This document shows positions 51,906 to 64,000 of a stretch of DNA of 64,000 bases, piece after piece. Below the pieces are notes generated by a model. It was not told the origin of the DNA and did no database searches. It worked only from the letters and a program-made list of their open reading frames with translations. The DNA comes from Styela clava (Eukaryota), in assembly GCF_964204865.1 (NCBI RefSeq), contig NC_135257.1:9362001-9426000 (forward strand), read 5' to 3'. The position numbers were made by a program, and so were the translations under genes. Every line of letters starts with the position of its first letter. Position 1 is the first letter of the stretch.

Positions 51906-52031
51906 TGAAAGCAATAAAGGGAGCGATGGAACCATTGATCTTGATGCCTACTAATTGCGCAAGTTTGAGAAGCACCGCTTCTGAAGCGGTGTTAGTACCG
52001 GCAAGTCAATTGAAAAGACAGCGTTGAGAAT

Positions 52032-53007
52032 ATGCCTGCATCCAATAAATATGAGGACAAAAATGCAACGATTTTCATTGGTAACTTTTCGGAACCTATT
52101 GATTCTGCATATGACTGGCATGTCGATTATTTGACGATGAAGATAATAGAATGCATCTTTGCGTTACTCTGCTTCGTTTTATTTGTTGCTCAGCTGACAT
52201 ATTTCGTTTTACAAAAACGTATTGATGAGAGGAAAGGGAAAGAGACCGCCGCGCCAAACCATAGAACAAAATGTCGAACGAAAAATGCTATGAACGTTTG
52301 TTTGTTTTTGGCTTGTCTTGCTGCATGTGGAAGGGGAATCGTATCTTTTTTACCGAAAGCAACAGATGACCATACCTGCAATACTCAAAGAAAAGCAATG
52401 ATGTTATTATTTTATGCTTGTGAAACTTTAACGTATCTTGTGCTTTGGATCAAGCAAAGAACGCTATACTCCGAACCTATACTGAAGCATTTGTCGCCGA
52501 AATTCATTCGCTTTTGTAGTTGGTTTGTTCTCATAGTAATGATTGCTTGTCTATTCTTGGCAATAATTTTAGTGACCGTATTTCATCATTATGAGGCAAC
52601 AATGCACGGATGTGTTGCGGCTCCTTGGATGAATGTAGTTGAATATGGATTCGTCATATCGTTTCTGTTACTTTCCAGGTTGGTCTTGTGTTTCTTTTTG
52701 CTTACCCCTTATCAAACACAGGAGAGAGACCGAGTTAAATACGATAACAGGAGTAGTGAGGAGGGCTACAATTGCGACTGTTGTATGTGTTGTGAGTGAA
52801 GCAATAAGTGCATTATTTTCAATGTTACATCCTCGCCAAGAAGTTGAAATATTTTCCTTTGTATATTACATTAATGTTTTAATTAATATATTTGGCATAT
52901 TATTTTCTTTTACCGATTGGAGACATAGGCTTTTACCTTTGAGTTTACCAGCAAAAGAAAAAAGATGCGAAATCTATCACGTGAATGATCACAGTGGGTC
53001 ATCATAA
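52032..53007 (+). CDS. Intronless 7TM/GPCR-like membrane protein, frameshifted near TM5 (pseudogene or assembly indel)
   Basis: ORF 52032-52799 gives an N-terminal NAT/NFS sequon pair and TM1-TM4, with Cys at the top of TM3 and in ECL2. The overlapping ORF to 53007 gives PLIKHRR, TM6, TM7 and FSFTDWRHRL. The frame changes at ~52640-52720. Confidence 0.7.
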
Positions 53008-54124
53008 ATATAAATATTCATTTTTCAGTGATCGATCTATCTGTATTACATACTTGGTTGTGATTTTTTCGTTCATGAAATGTGTTAATAAATTACGAAA
53101 ATAATCCATACTAAAACTAATTCTTCGAGGCTCTTGGACGTCCGACAAAACCAACAAAATTCAAGACAGGAAGAAGATATATATATTGCGCTAAGGAGAT
53201 TTTGTAGTATGTGCGATTCACGACTGATCAAACATATGCTGATGTTATGTTTGAAATTTTGTTTTAAGATGGTCATTTAGCCAACCATGACGCATATATC
53301 GTTCTTGCCCAAAATAGTTCCGTCAATAGAGACTGTGGAGACGAATTTTGATTACATTTGAATAATTATATTTTATTGCAAAACCATACAATAGTTTTTC
53401 CTGTCAAAAAAATAATTTCCTCTCATCTCGATGGTGTATTACACGTCAGTGTTTATGAAATATATGTATATAACAAATATATATATATATATATATAATG
53501 ATGAATAAGGAAAATATTAATTTTGAGTCAAGCTGAATTATGACTAGAGATCGTTGTTTGATCGGTACTATTTATTCGGAAAACTGTATACCAGATCAAA
53601 ACCAGAATGTTTTGTATTTTAAAATTGATATCTATCCACTAATTTGAGTTATTCTTTTTCTTATTGGTTACATATTGCACAAACATCAACATGAATTTAA
53701 TATTGGATTCCGAGAGAACACAGACTGGCTACAATAATTAGCACCAAGCTTCCCTATTTAGTTTTTCACATTTACTCTAATTCACTCTTCGTCATCCGCC
53801 TTCCTAAAACTTTGTGGGTTGCTGGAGTGTAAGTCAAGGAAGATATCTACAAATTTCAACCAAAGCCAAATTTCAAAGTCCACGTAAAATTTCATTTTTG
53901 ATAGTTGCAAAACGTGCAGTTTGAAAAAATGACGATTAGACTCATGTAACGCCAAAAATACATCAATCAACAGAATTTTGCACTTTACATAAAATTCGTA
54001 ATGAACAACGAATTTTATGAAATGTTAATAAATTAGGGTTTTTCCTTTTTTGCATTTTACTCATCAAAATTTAGGTCACTTGTTGTATTTATTAAATTGA
54101 AGCCGAATGTAGTAGGAATTACCC

Positions 54125-54371
54125 TATCTTTGTAGTAAGTGTGATTGTTACGTCATAATTGCATGTACGTTATAATATATTTGTAATCAAGACGTCCACC
54201 TTTCAACATGCGGACATGTGAGCTTTAGGCTAACAGGAAAGCAAGTTTGGATGAGTTTTGTTTATTTGCTTATAAATTCTATTTAATCATCAATGCATAA
54301 TCCATGAAAATAATCTCGCCATTTGCATCTTCAGGGCTCAGTGAACGCAGATTTCCTGCTTTGACCGAAAT
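54125..54371. repeat. ~250-bp direct repeat, copy 2
   Basis: Homologous to 51665-51905 in the same orientation. Confidence 0.8.
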
Positions 54372-54560
54372 AAAACATATTTTCCTTTATTCAATTAGTC
54401 CACCTCGAACAAAAAAGTTGCTCTAAACTCTATCTCTACTATAGTAAATGTTATGAATCATACCTCAAACCCTAAGTTCAAAGTGTTACAAAGAATCCAT
54501 ATAAAAACCCTCATATATTTTGCGAATAATCCCCGGATGCGTATTAATTTGCATTATGTC

Positions 54561-54800
54561 CAGTTAGGATAGGATTTTCATATTCATTCCCTGAAAAGGT
54601 AAGCCGATGAGACGGAATAATTATATGGCGAACCACGGCCTCTCGTCCGGTTATCAGTCTATGTCGGGAATGGGATTAGTTAGCCAGTTATTTGTATTCA
54701 GATGCAAAGGCTTTATGGTGGAGGAAGCCGTAACCGACCAGCGGTCACGTGAACTACCCTACGACGACGATGAGTTCGGTAATGCTCTCGCATATAATCT
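54561..54800 (-). mobile_element. SINE, minus orientation
   Basis: (GGATA)n tail at 54564-54573. The body is homologous to 46140-46272 and 37530-37610. Confidence 0.6.
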
Positions 54801-55119
54801 GTGCTGCTGTGAAGCCACTACCCTTAAAAACAATACCCATGATGCTATCAGGATACTATTGACCCACGACTATCTTAACTTGACACACTTTTCATGAATT
54901 TCTGAACGCTGATCATCAGCCGCGGTGCACGTTACCAATTTTCCGCGGTCGACAAGCGTCTGAAACAGGAAGGCAAAAAACGGATTGTCGTCTGACTGTC
55001 GATATCACGAAAGCCCAAGAACCCTCGGAATCCCACTGCTGCTGCACTTGAGCGACAGCACATAACGAGACTGTTCAATCACTTGAAAGGGTGCGTATAT
55101 TCTCATAGAACCAACCATT

Positions 55120-55284
55120 GTCATTTTTAAGTCAGAAAATTCGTTGCTTTTTTTGCCATTGTCCAATCCGCAACCAGCATTGTTGATAGTTAGTAGAGGG
55201 TCAGTCATTTTTAAGTCAGAGTACCGGTTTTCATTCTTTTTTGCCATTGTCCAATCCGCAACCAGCATTGTTGATAGTTAGTAG
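55120..55284. repeat. 85-bp tandem duplication (2 copies)
   Basis: gtcatttttaagtcaga...tttgccattgtccaatccgcaaccagcattgttgatagttagtag occurs twice. Confidence 0.85.
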
Positions 55285-57930
55285 GAGGTCAGTTCATAGC
55301 TTACATTTTCCTACATATACGCCATTTTCATTCCCGTCAGTACTCTTTGAAATAAAATCCCATAGGTAGCTTTTTGTATTTTGTATTTCACAAAAAGGCG
55401 ACATTGGTAAAATCAAAGAAAATATTCACAGAATTTGCCTTGACAAATTTTTTCATCAACACTTCTATATCATCTCATATAACTCGGCCATATTCAGTAG
55501 GTGAAAAATGAATTATTACAAGGTTCAACACCAAAGTACAGCTTAATATTGTCTGAATAGTGATTATTATACTAGACATAACAGCTAACCAAAGATGTGC
55601 CCTGCAAAAAGTACATCAAGTAGGATATTTATACATGACCCTGTTTGATTTAACAAAAATATTACATGGAATAGTAAAGTAATAACAAAATACGCAATAC
55701 ATGGAATAATCTCAAATGGCTATATCTTGATAAGTTAAATTATTTGAGCATCATATCTGAAATTTCAGTCAATATGCCCCAGATATGATATAAGATATTA
55801 CAGTACATGGATCTTAGATGTTAGGATACCAGCGCCGCAGATAACAAAATACCAAGATATAAATATTGCTCCAAAATTTTTATAGTACGTATAAATTAGC
55901 CGTGACCAACTATGAGTCAACCAACAATTGTGTCAAAAAGTGCGTTCAATATATTACTCCATGTCAGATACATTTCAATGAACCGGTAAGCAATTTAGTC
56001 CATATAATGCACAATATTTCCAGCATGGATTTAATAATACTTAGAAATAATTTAGTACGTATAACAAGATAAAATATTGCAAGTTAAACTCCAAAGTGTG
56101 TGAAATTGCGAATAAAAAGATGTCAACCAAAAGCCACAACAACTATAATATGTCATCATATTTTTTCTTTACTCAATGAAAAACACAGCTACAGCAACAT
56201 GAGAGGAAGCAAATTTATAACGAAGAAGTTCAGTTTTCTAACTTTTTAAACAGATTCCAAAATTCAAGATTCTCTGAATACGTGGACATTTAAGTCACAA
56301 AACCATTTAATTTTTTATAATTTATGTGCCAAATGAAACTTTTAACCAGAATACCTTTGTTTTGACCCAAATTTGTGTGAACCTAATAAAGACAAGCTAT
56401 GAATAAATAAAAACATACATAAAGAGCGCTTATATTTTATTGACTGGATTCACTGACTTTAACAAAGAAAATCAAAATTTTGGAAAAGCCAAAAATATAA
56501 CCTCTTCTTATTTGTAGAGAAATAAATATAAATACAATATAAACTAAATTGGCAAGATTCAGCTGCAATCTAGCTATATCAAATCAATATAGCAATCAAT
56601 CATCACATAAAATATTTAATAGATGATCCATCCATATATATTATGTCTTATATGTATGATACATCTCTAAACGCCATATGTGGTAAATGGCGATAATAAA
56701 GTGGCGATCAAGTTCATCAAGACAGACAAAAACAAAAAAAGATTGAAGCCAAAAAAAAAAACTGAGCAATAATATGCTAAATTCGGAATGGTAATGTCAT
56801 GATAATGCTTTCATTGATAAATATGTTGTTATCACAGCGAAAATAGTTTGTTAAAAAGACATTTTTTGCATCAAAAATGAAATGATACAACTTTTAAATA
56901 AAGCTGATCAATCCACTTTTCATGCATTGAAACAGTATTTGCAATGTAGTACGTATTGTGTCCGAAAAATATTAACAAATATCTCAAATGTTGGAAATTG
57001 CACCATCCGTTAAATAGAAAAAATGTGAATAAGTAAATCCATAATCATACGTTGTAAGTTAGTGGGTGAGAATTCCGAAAATATTATACATTACATGAAT
57101 CGAAGAATTGCTATAGAATGAAACCACAGCCCTGTAATTGAAATGTTATATTTTTATGTCACAATTGCATCTTTTACTAGTCTTACCAATTACAACCAAA
57201 ATTTTCTTTACAATGACAAAAAAGTATAAATCCTTCCCAAAACAATAATAAAATAGCAAGGATAGATAAAATCAATAAAAATGGCAAATTTTGCTCGTGT
57301 TTCACCTATGAAGTAAATATAGTATTGATAATAATATTCACATTTTACCCACCAATGCATGCAAGTTTTGCGAAAATCAATAAATTTATTTCGTCTCAAA
57401 AATTCATTTTCACCCTAAAGTGACTTTATTGACGCCATGTATTTCTGGGAATTAGTTAGCTCATATGTGGAAATTTCTGTTTGGAATGCCCTTCAACAGA
57501 TCTAATTCACATAGAATGAATTGTATATGTCAAATTATCGAAAATTTAATTCAAGAGTTTGTGGTGATTTTGAGAAGAGAAGTAGTGATTTTCACTATCC
57601 AAATCATTATGAGGTCTTCTCAGATTGTGTTACCCGTCAATTCATTTTAAACTGAACACTCGTTTGCAAGAATTCAAAAAGATAGTAAAATCAAAATGCA
57701 AATACACTATCGAATATAATATACACCATCTGCACTGATGGTGTTGGGTTGGTATAAAACAATACCATTTCTGAGTGAAAGCGTTATGAGCGTCCAGTCA
57801 ATAATATTTCATGGTTGGAAGGACTATTCAGTATTAAGCAGAAATAATAAAGTCACACCGATTAAAGTCAATTCGAAATTATATGCATAACATTGTTTTA
57901 TTTGAAATTTCAGTTTTTGTTTCTTCATTT

Positions 57931-60900
57931 TCAGCCATCCATAGCAGCAAACAGTCGTTTCAATTCTGGAGTGACAACTTCACTTGTAAAGTTTTCTATG
58001 GACATTGCATTGGGAGCATTCTGAAAAATTAATAAATTTAATTGCAATGAAAAGAATTGGGATGGATACGTTTTTCCAGAAACCAAAAAAACTACAATAA
58101 ACTAATATTGTAGGACCAACTCAATCATAAACGATTAAATATCAATATGTTAATCAGATTATATAAGAATCTTTTGAAAATCTCCGGAAAGAGCATTGTA
58201 CATCATATTCCAGATATATTGCAAAAAATACAATGAGTCAATAAATGCAGAATAATAGTAAAATTATAATACCGTTTCCGAAGGATTTAAAACTCGTGGA
58301 ATATTTTAAGTACGGTACAGTAGATTCACACACAACATGTGAAAAATTTATTTGCCCTTAGAGGAAACACAAATTTACCGCCCCTCCTGTGGCTTTGTTA
58401 CAAACTATAAAGCATCACCACCAAATCTTATTACTTGTAAACAAGTAATAATTACAAATTAATAACAAGTAATGAAACAATGATTACAAGTGTGTGGTAA
58501 ACCAAAACATTCACAATATGAATTAGAAACCAGTTTCTAAGTAGGCCTAATCATTAAGCACTTCTAAGCATAACAGCAGAGGTTAGAAAAATTAGACAGT
58601 GAGTATGATAAATCAAACCAGGGTTGTTTAATTTTTTCTAAAAATTTCAAATATTCTAAATATGAGGAATTACCATCAGGCCATCTTGAAACTAACCTGA
58701 GCATCTGCCGGGCTAGAACTCTGTTTAGAATCTTCGCTGTTTGTCATTCCTTCATCATCAACACTGTTGTTTAATTCTTCTGTATTTCCTTCACCATTAC
58801 CGGTATTACTGCTAGTAACTGACATATCTAGACCATTCTGTGGTGAATTACCATGCTCTAGTTGCTGATTTTCCGATGGTGAACTATCGATTGCTGCATT
58901 ATGAGATGGTGATTCTCTTGGTTCGTTAAAAACTTCCTGCACTTTTGTAACCGTTTGTGTCATGTCTGTGTAAAAAATATTATTAAAAAGGATATTTCAA
59001 CGACATATTAAATATCTGTTGAAACTAAGTTTGGTTTTATTATGATGGGAATTATCATTACACTGTTTGAAAAGCAGAAACGCTACATCAAAAAAATGCA
59101 TGAATATGCCGACCGACGAAAGACCACTTAGAATTTTCAGATACAGGGTGAACAATAAAAGACAGAGCTAATGTCATGGAAATGGAATATATTCTAGAGA
59201 GAACTTTTGTGCAAAGTGTCCTAGATTACTGAAACTTTTGGATACCATCATACACAGAAGTTCAAGTGTCAATAAATTTTCTTCATTTTCATAGAAGTAA
59301 TGAAGAAATTGATGGGTTTCGTATTTTAGGGGTTCACCCTGTATATTTAGCTCATTTTTCAAAAAATGACTTACCTTTGCTGGAAAGATTAAGTGCAACA
59401 GGTGAACCAGCTGCATTTGAGTACGAATTATCTTGCTCATTTTCACCGCGTTGGGAAGCAGCAAATGCCAGTCTTTCACTTATAGAATCCAATGCACTCC
59501 CACTATTCAGTTTGTTCAAAAGTATTGGATTACTGTAAAAAAGAATGTAAATTATCATAAAATTAAAAATAAAATGCTCTTTGCAAAGTGGTTATTGCCA
59601 GAGTGAACAAACAATAAAGAAAGAATCCAACTGGTGAAAGTTTAGCTATATGTAAATATACTTATGCAATGTATATATACTAAGTTGAGAGTAAAAAGTT
59701 TTGCATTATCAAATGACATCAAGCACAATAGTATATAGATTCAGATTTCAAATGCAAACGTAGCCAAATACATAACCATAGATTATATGTAAGATTAATC
59801 GATACATAAAGCATATGGAAAAAAATTTATGGTATTTTCATTCTGATATCTTAGCATCTAACACAGTCTAGTCTCTTGATTCCTGCTAACTAGCTTTGAG
59901 CAACCTAAATGCCATACCGTATGCAAGTGGCATTGACAATAATTTGAAGCGATGGTAATACAATAAAACAGTGCTCCACCGACGATTTGCTAAGTGCACC
60001 ACAAAAATTAACACAATTGTGTTAAACATAACTAATATATGATTGAATAATTCCCATATTGTAAGTATTATGAATGTTTTATTGTTTCTTATTTTAAAGG
60101 CTACGTGTATGAATAAATAAATTCTATGTAGTCTAACCTTTCTATGTCGTTTATTTTCTGTTACAATCAAAAAATTAAGTTTTATTTAAAGGCAGCAATT
60201 TTTTTTTTTCATGTAAGTTCGCCGTGAGTTTTTCCCTGATAATTTGGCGCCACACGAATAAAAGTTTGGGATCCGCTTAAAAAGAACATTAAATGCTGTG
60301 TAGCTATTTACCTTCCAATGAGATCTCTTTCTGCAACTTTATTATCTTGGACTGAATTTGATTCATTTGCTTGTTGTTGTTGATTGTAAGACACCAACAT
60401 CATCTTCGACATACTGTATGCATCGGATGGTGCTGCTTTTCTAGGCCTACAGAAAACAATTTCGGCTTGAGTTAAACTGGGTTGGAAATGACTTGAATAT
60501 GATCCATTATTGTAATTTCGGTTCTATGACTTTTCGTAGAGAGATAAAAGTTGTACCAGTTCTCAATATCTGGTAAGGTTATTAATATTAATAAAATATA
60601 ATAGACATATTTTTTCTGGAAGAATAGCTTTTTCACATCAAGTTTCTAAAATAAATACATCATATTCGATCTTTTACTATATTACTTATGTTTCATCATA
60701 ACTAAACATTCACTAATGATCATGTTCCAGAATGGAGAGTTGCTTAATGCTCAATTGCCCATTAAGGTGAGTATATCCTTAATCAAATGGATGTGCCGTC
60801 ACTTTTATCAAAGGTAGCAGGAGATGTCACCTACAAGGAATTCATATACATTTACTACTGTACTGTACTTTTTACGATTCTTAGAAATATAGGGAAAATT

Positions 60901-63729
60901 TAAAAAAATCTTCCCTACCTTTTTCTTCCAGTTGATGTTGCAGATGAAGTCGAATTGAAATCTACAAATTGGTTTGTTGTACCGTTGCCAGCTATATTGG
61001 CTTCCTGTTGATGCTTCACGAGATGATGCTGAAAACAGAAATAATTAGATTAAAAAACGCATCCCACCCGTAAATATAATGCCCAAAAAAGCATTCTTTA
61101 TATAGTGACCAACTAATGGCTATGAATCGAATATCTGCAAATCAATCTGACTACGTTGTTATGTCATTAAATTACTTTAAATAAGGATCATGTTATTCTT
61201 GGAACATACTAAATTGTCAGAATAATTTGAGTAAAATTTTATTCTGATTTTCCTTATTTTATTTCTATTACAAGTTCAGGGACTGTGTGTGTTAGCCACA
61301 TGAATATACCATCTGCCCATAGGCTTCAGTCACTTCACACAACTTGATGTAAAGCAGGCGAACAAAATTAGTTACCTCCAAATTGGTACACACACTTCTG
61401 GAGAGCTGCATGACGAACCATGAAGTCGTATATTGAATTCATCTGTTGACAATTAGTAAACAGGCTATTTGTACATTATACATACATACCTTTAGATGTT
61501 CTGATCGACGAAACCTTTTTTCACATAAATTGCATGGATATGGACGTTCACCAGTATGGGTTAAAATATGGCGTTTCAAATGTTGTTGTCGTCCAAATAA
61601 CTTGTTGCAGTATTCACATCTGAAAAAAATATGAATAAATATAAAATGAATATATTTCATTTTAGATGGATTAGATAAATATATGTTATATGCAACACAT
61701 TACAAAACAATTTTAAACACGAACAACACAGCTCGCAATCCTAAGAGATCAGGATTCATTTTTTCCTTAATTTCATACATTTTCTGATTTTGTGTATATC
61801 TTAGGCTGTATTTGAATATACTAAGATAGCCAGATAGGTACTCCTGAAGTATGCGCATCAAGATGTCGCACAACCTGAACCCTAATCTGGTACACAATTG
61901 AGTTCAAGTTGTGCGCCATCTTGGTGCGCATACTTCAGGAGGTCCAAGAGATATACTGATAATTCAAGACAGTTTGGATGACTCAGCCAGCCACTTGACT
62001 AAAGGCATACTTTTTTTTATAGATTTGACTATTTTTTTTTTGAAAACATTCAGAATGACTTGGCTCAGGTCACTTCAGCAAAACTAGATTTTCACTGAAA
62101 TCACAAAAAGCCTCAGGTTGGATGACTCGTACAGCCCCACAATGTATTGCCGTTGCCTGACTAAATAGACTCAAATCAGGACATATATGCATATATATAT
62201 GCCAGATGGCCTTGAACTTAAATTAAACTTAAATAAGCGACTCAACTATAACTAAACAACAAAAAAATTTAATTGAACAAAATGTCAATTTTAAGCAACC
62301 CAACCCATTCATAACTGCATTCTGTCACATGAAATATTCCAATATGATTCATACCTGTATTCTTTCTTAGGTTTTTCTTTCTTCATTGCAAGCAAATATT
62401 GCGAAACTGAACTGGTTGGTGATGATGTCATTGTTTCTTTGCTGGGGCTGTTAGAGCTGAGAAGCAAAATAGACATGATCAAATATTACATATGAATTAT
62501 AAAAACAAAAACAACTAAAAAAGGAATAATAAAAATTAAGTTTCATATTATTTAAGCACTTCCCTGATGGAAATAAATATTGATTTTGATATAAGAATGA
62601 GGCACACTCATTAAAGGTGCATGGCCAAGGAAAGCCTGGGTCTCGTATAATTTCGCATCTCAAGTACTTCTAGTGGGCGTAGCATAACAATTTTAGCACA
62701 TGTCAATCCTAACCCCACCATTCAAAAATTACGCCCATTAGGAGTACTTGAGGTTCGAAACTGCACAAGACCTAAAAGACGCAACTATGTTGGTTTCGCA
62801 GGTAAAGATATCAGGTTTCAAACCCCAGATTCACAATATCACCCAGGTAAATTGAGCTCGTAGATCAAATCAGAAAGATTTTGTCCTTCTGAAAATACTA
62901 GTCGCTCTGATCAGATAAACATTGGTATTAATGAATCTCAATTAAACTGACCTTATATTTTTTGTCATGGAATACAAATGTTGTTCAACAGAAGTGGATG
63001 GCGATGATCTTCCGAGTATAATTGAACCGTATGGATTTTCCCCAGCTGGATGTCCATTTCTTGCGAAATATTCTGCAAGTGATTCATGGTCAATTAAATC
63101 ACCATCAGGTCCTGAGGAAAACACATTTGGCTTGATATAGGATTTAAGGATTGTATTTACCAAAATGGTAAATATTTGGAATTACTTGTTGGAAAATTAA
63201 ATAACAATGTTTGCAAAACTTCAAAAATAACCAATTTCTTATTATATTAAACTTTTTTATTCAAAATTTTCTACATATTTAGAAGCGTGGTGTCGTAATG
63301 GTTGAAGCGTTATACTCAACCATGATGGCATCGCAGGCTGAAATATCAGATTCAGATACCATGCCCACCAGTTTACTCAAGATGTAACAAATAGCGTAGG
63401 CCATGCCAAATCATAAAGATTCCATTCTATTCAAAATAAGGTAGCTCCTACCGTATCAGTAGTGGCTTGTGCAGAGCAAAAAAGCATATAAATATGTCAT
63501 ATAAATAATTTCTCTGGTTTACATGTATAGCCTACTAACCTTGCCCTTCACCATTCTGCAAAAGCATTTTCAAAGCTCCATTTCTGTGAGGATTTCCTTC
63601 ACCCAGGATATGATTTAGTCTGCTTTGGTTAGAAAATTCAATAAGTGCTCTTGTTGCTGGGTTACTATCTGAGTTCGCTTGCTCTCCATTGCCAGATGAA
63701 TTTTCTGCATTTTCTTGTTTGATCAAAAG
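57931..63729 (-). CDS. C2H2 zinc-finger transcription factor (two tandem fingers), 3' nine exons; 5' end beyond window
   Basis: In-phase exons 63729-63540, 63111-62952, 62456-62355, 61619-61490, 61028-60919, 60446-60312, 59532-59375, 58965-58697 and 58020-57931 (stop TGA). Fingers: YRCEYCNKLFGRQQHLKRHILTH TGERP YPCNLCEKRFRRSEHLK|HHLVKH. NLS-like GRKRPRK; Ser/Asn-rich low-complexity linkers. Confidence 0.9.
61841..61941. mobile_element. Palindromic MITE (~40-bp arms)
   Basis: Left arm ctcctgaagtatgcgcatcaagatgtcgcacaacctgaac matches the reverse complement of the right arm, ctcctgaagtatgcgcaccaagatggcgcacaacttgaac. A solo arm occurs at 20464-20490. Confidence 0.8.
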
Positions 63730-64000
63730 CTGATCGAAAAATGAGAAGATATATTTGGTCATTATATCATCTATATGTGCCTATTTTTAAATATAAAGTT
63801 CTATCACATTACACTGAGCTCTTGGATGAATTGACTTGGTATTGTAGAGAAGCTCACATAAAAATTTTTCGAAACGTTCGAAGCATCTAGTAAAGAATTT
63901 TTCGAAATGGCCCTCAGTCCCCCAAGGAGCAGTTCTCTAGGAGCCACAAGCAAATGACATCGCCCATTTCGATGACTATATTAATTTAAAGTAATGGCTG

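Noticed and set aside
63285-63400. tRNA-like A-box sequence
   Set aside because: No cloverleaf or intact B-box. At most a decayed SINE head, not a tRNA gene.

Overview
AT-rich, intron-containing eukaryotic genomic DNA. The compact GT-AG introns, gene families and hAT/SINE content suggest an invertebrate chordate, probably a tunicate (inference). From left to right: (1) a tandem array of four intact fatty-acid-binding protein genes of the FABP1/FABP6 type on the minus strand (1.2-11 kb), each with 67/173/141-nt coding exons; (2) a ~30-kb segmentally duplicated array of secreted short-pentraxin genes on the plus strand (three intact, one deleted pseudogene), interleaved with a minus-strand multi-exon JmjC Fe(II)/2-oxoglutarate oxygenase gene that ends in the ER-retrieval signal RDEL (one near-complete copy, two decayed 3' relics); (3) an intronless, frameshifted 7TM/GPCR-like gene at 52-53 kb between direct repeats; (4) the last nine coding exons of a two-finger C2H2 zinc-finger gene that runs off the right edge. 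Numerous hAT-type transposon relics and MITEs, SINE fragments and small tandem duplications lie between the genes. The most interesting item is the co-duplicated head-to-head module of a putative ER-lumenal JmjC oxygenase and a secreted pentraxin, in which the pentraxins are diversified near the ligand pocket and show mosaic (conversion-like) ancestry. Gene models were built by hand; no database search was run.
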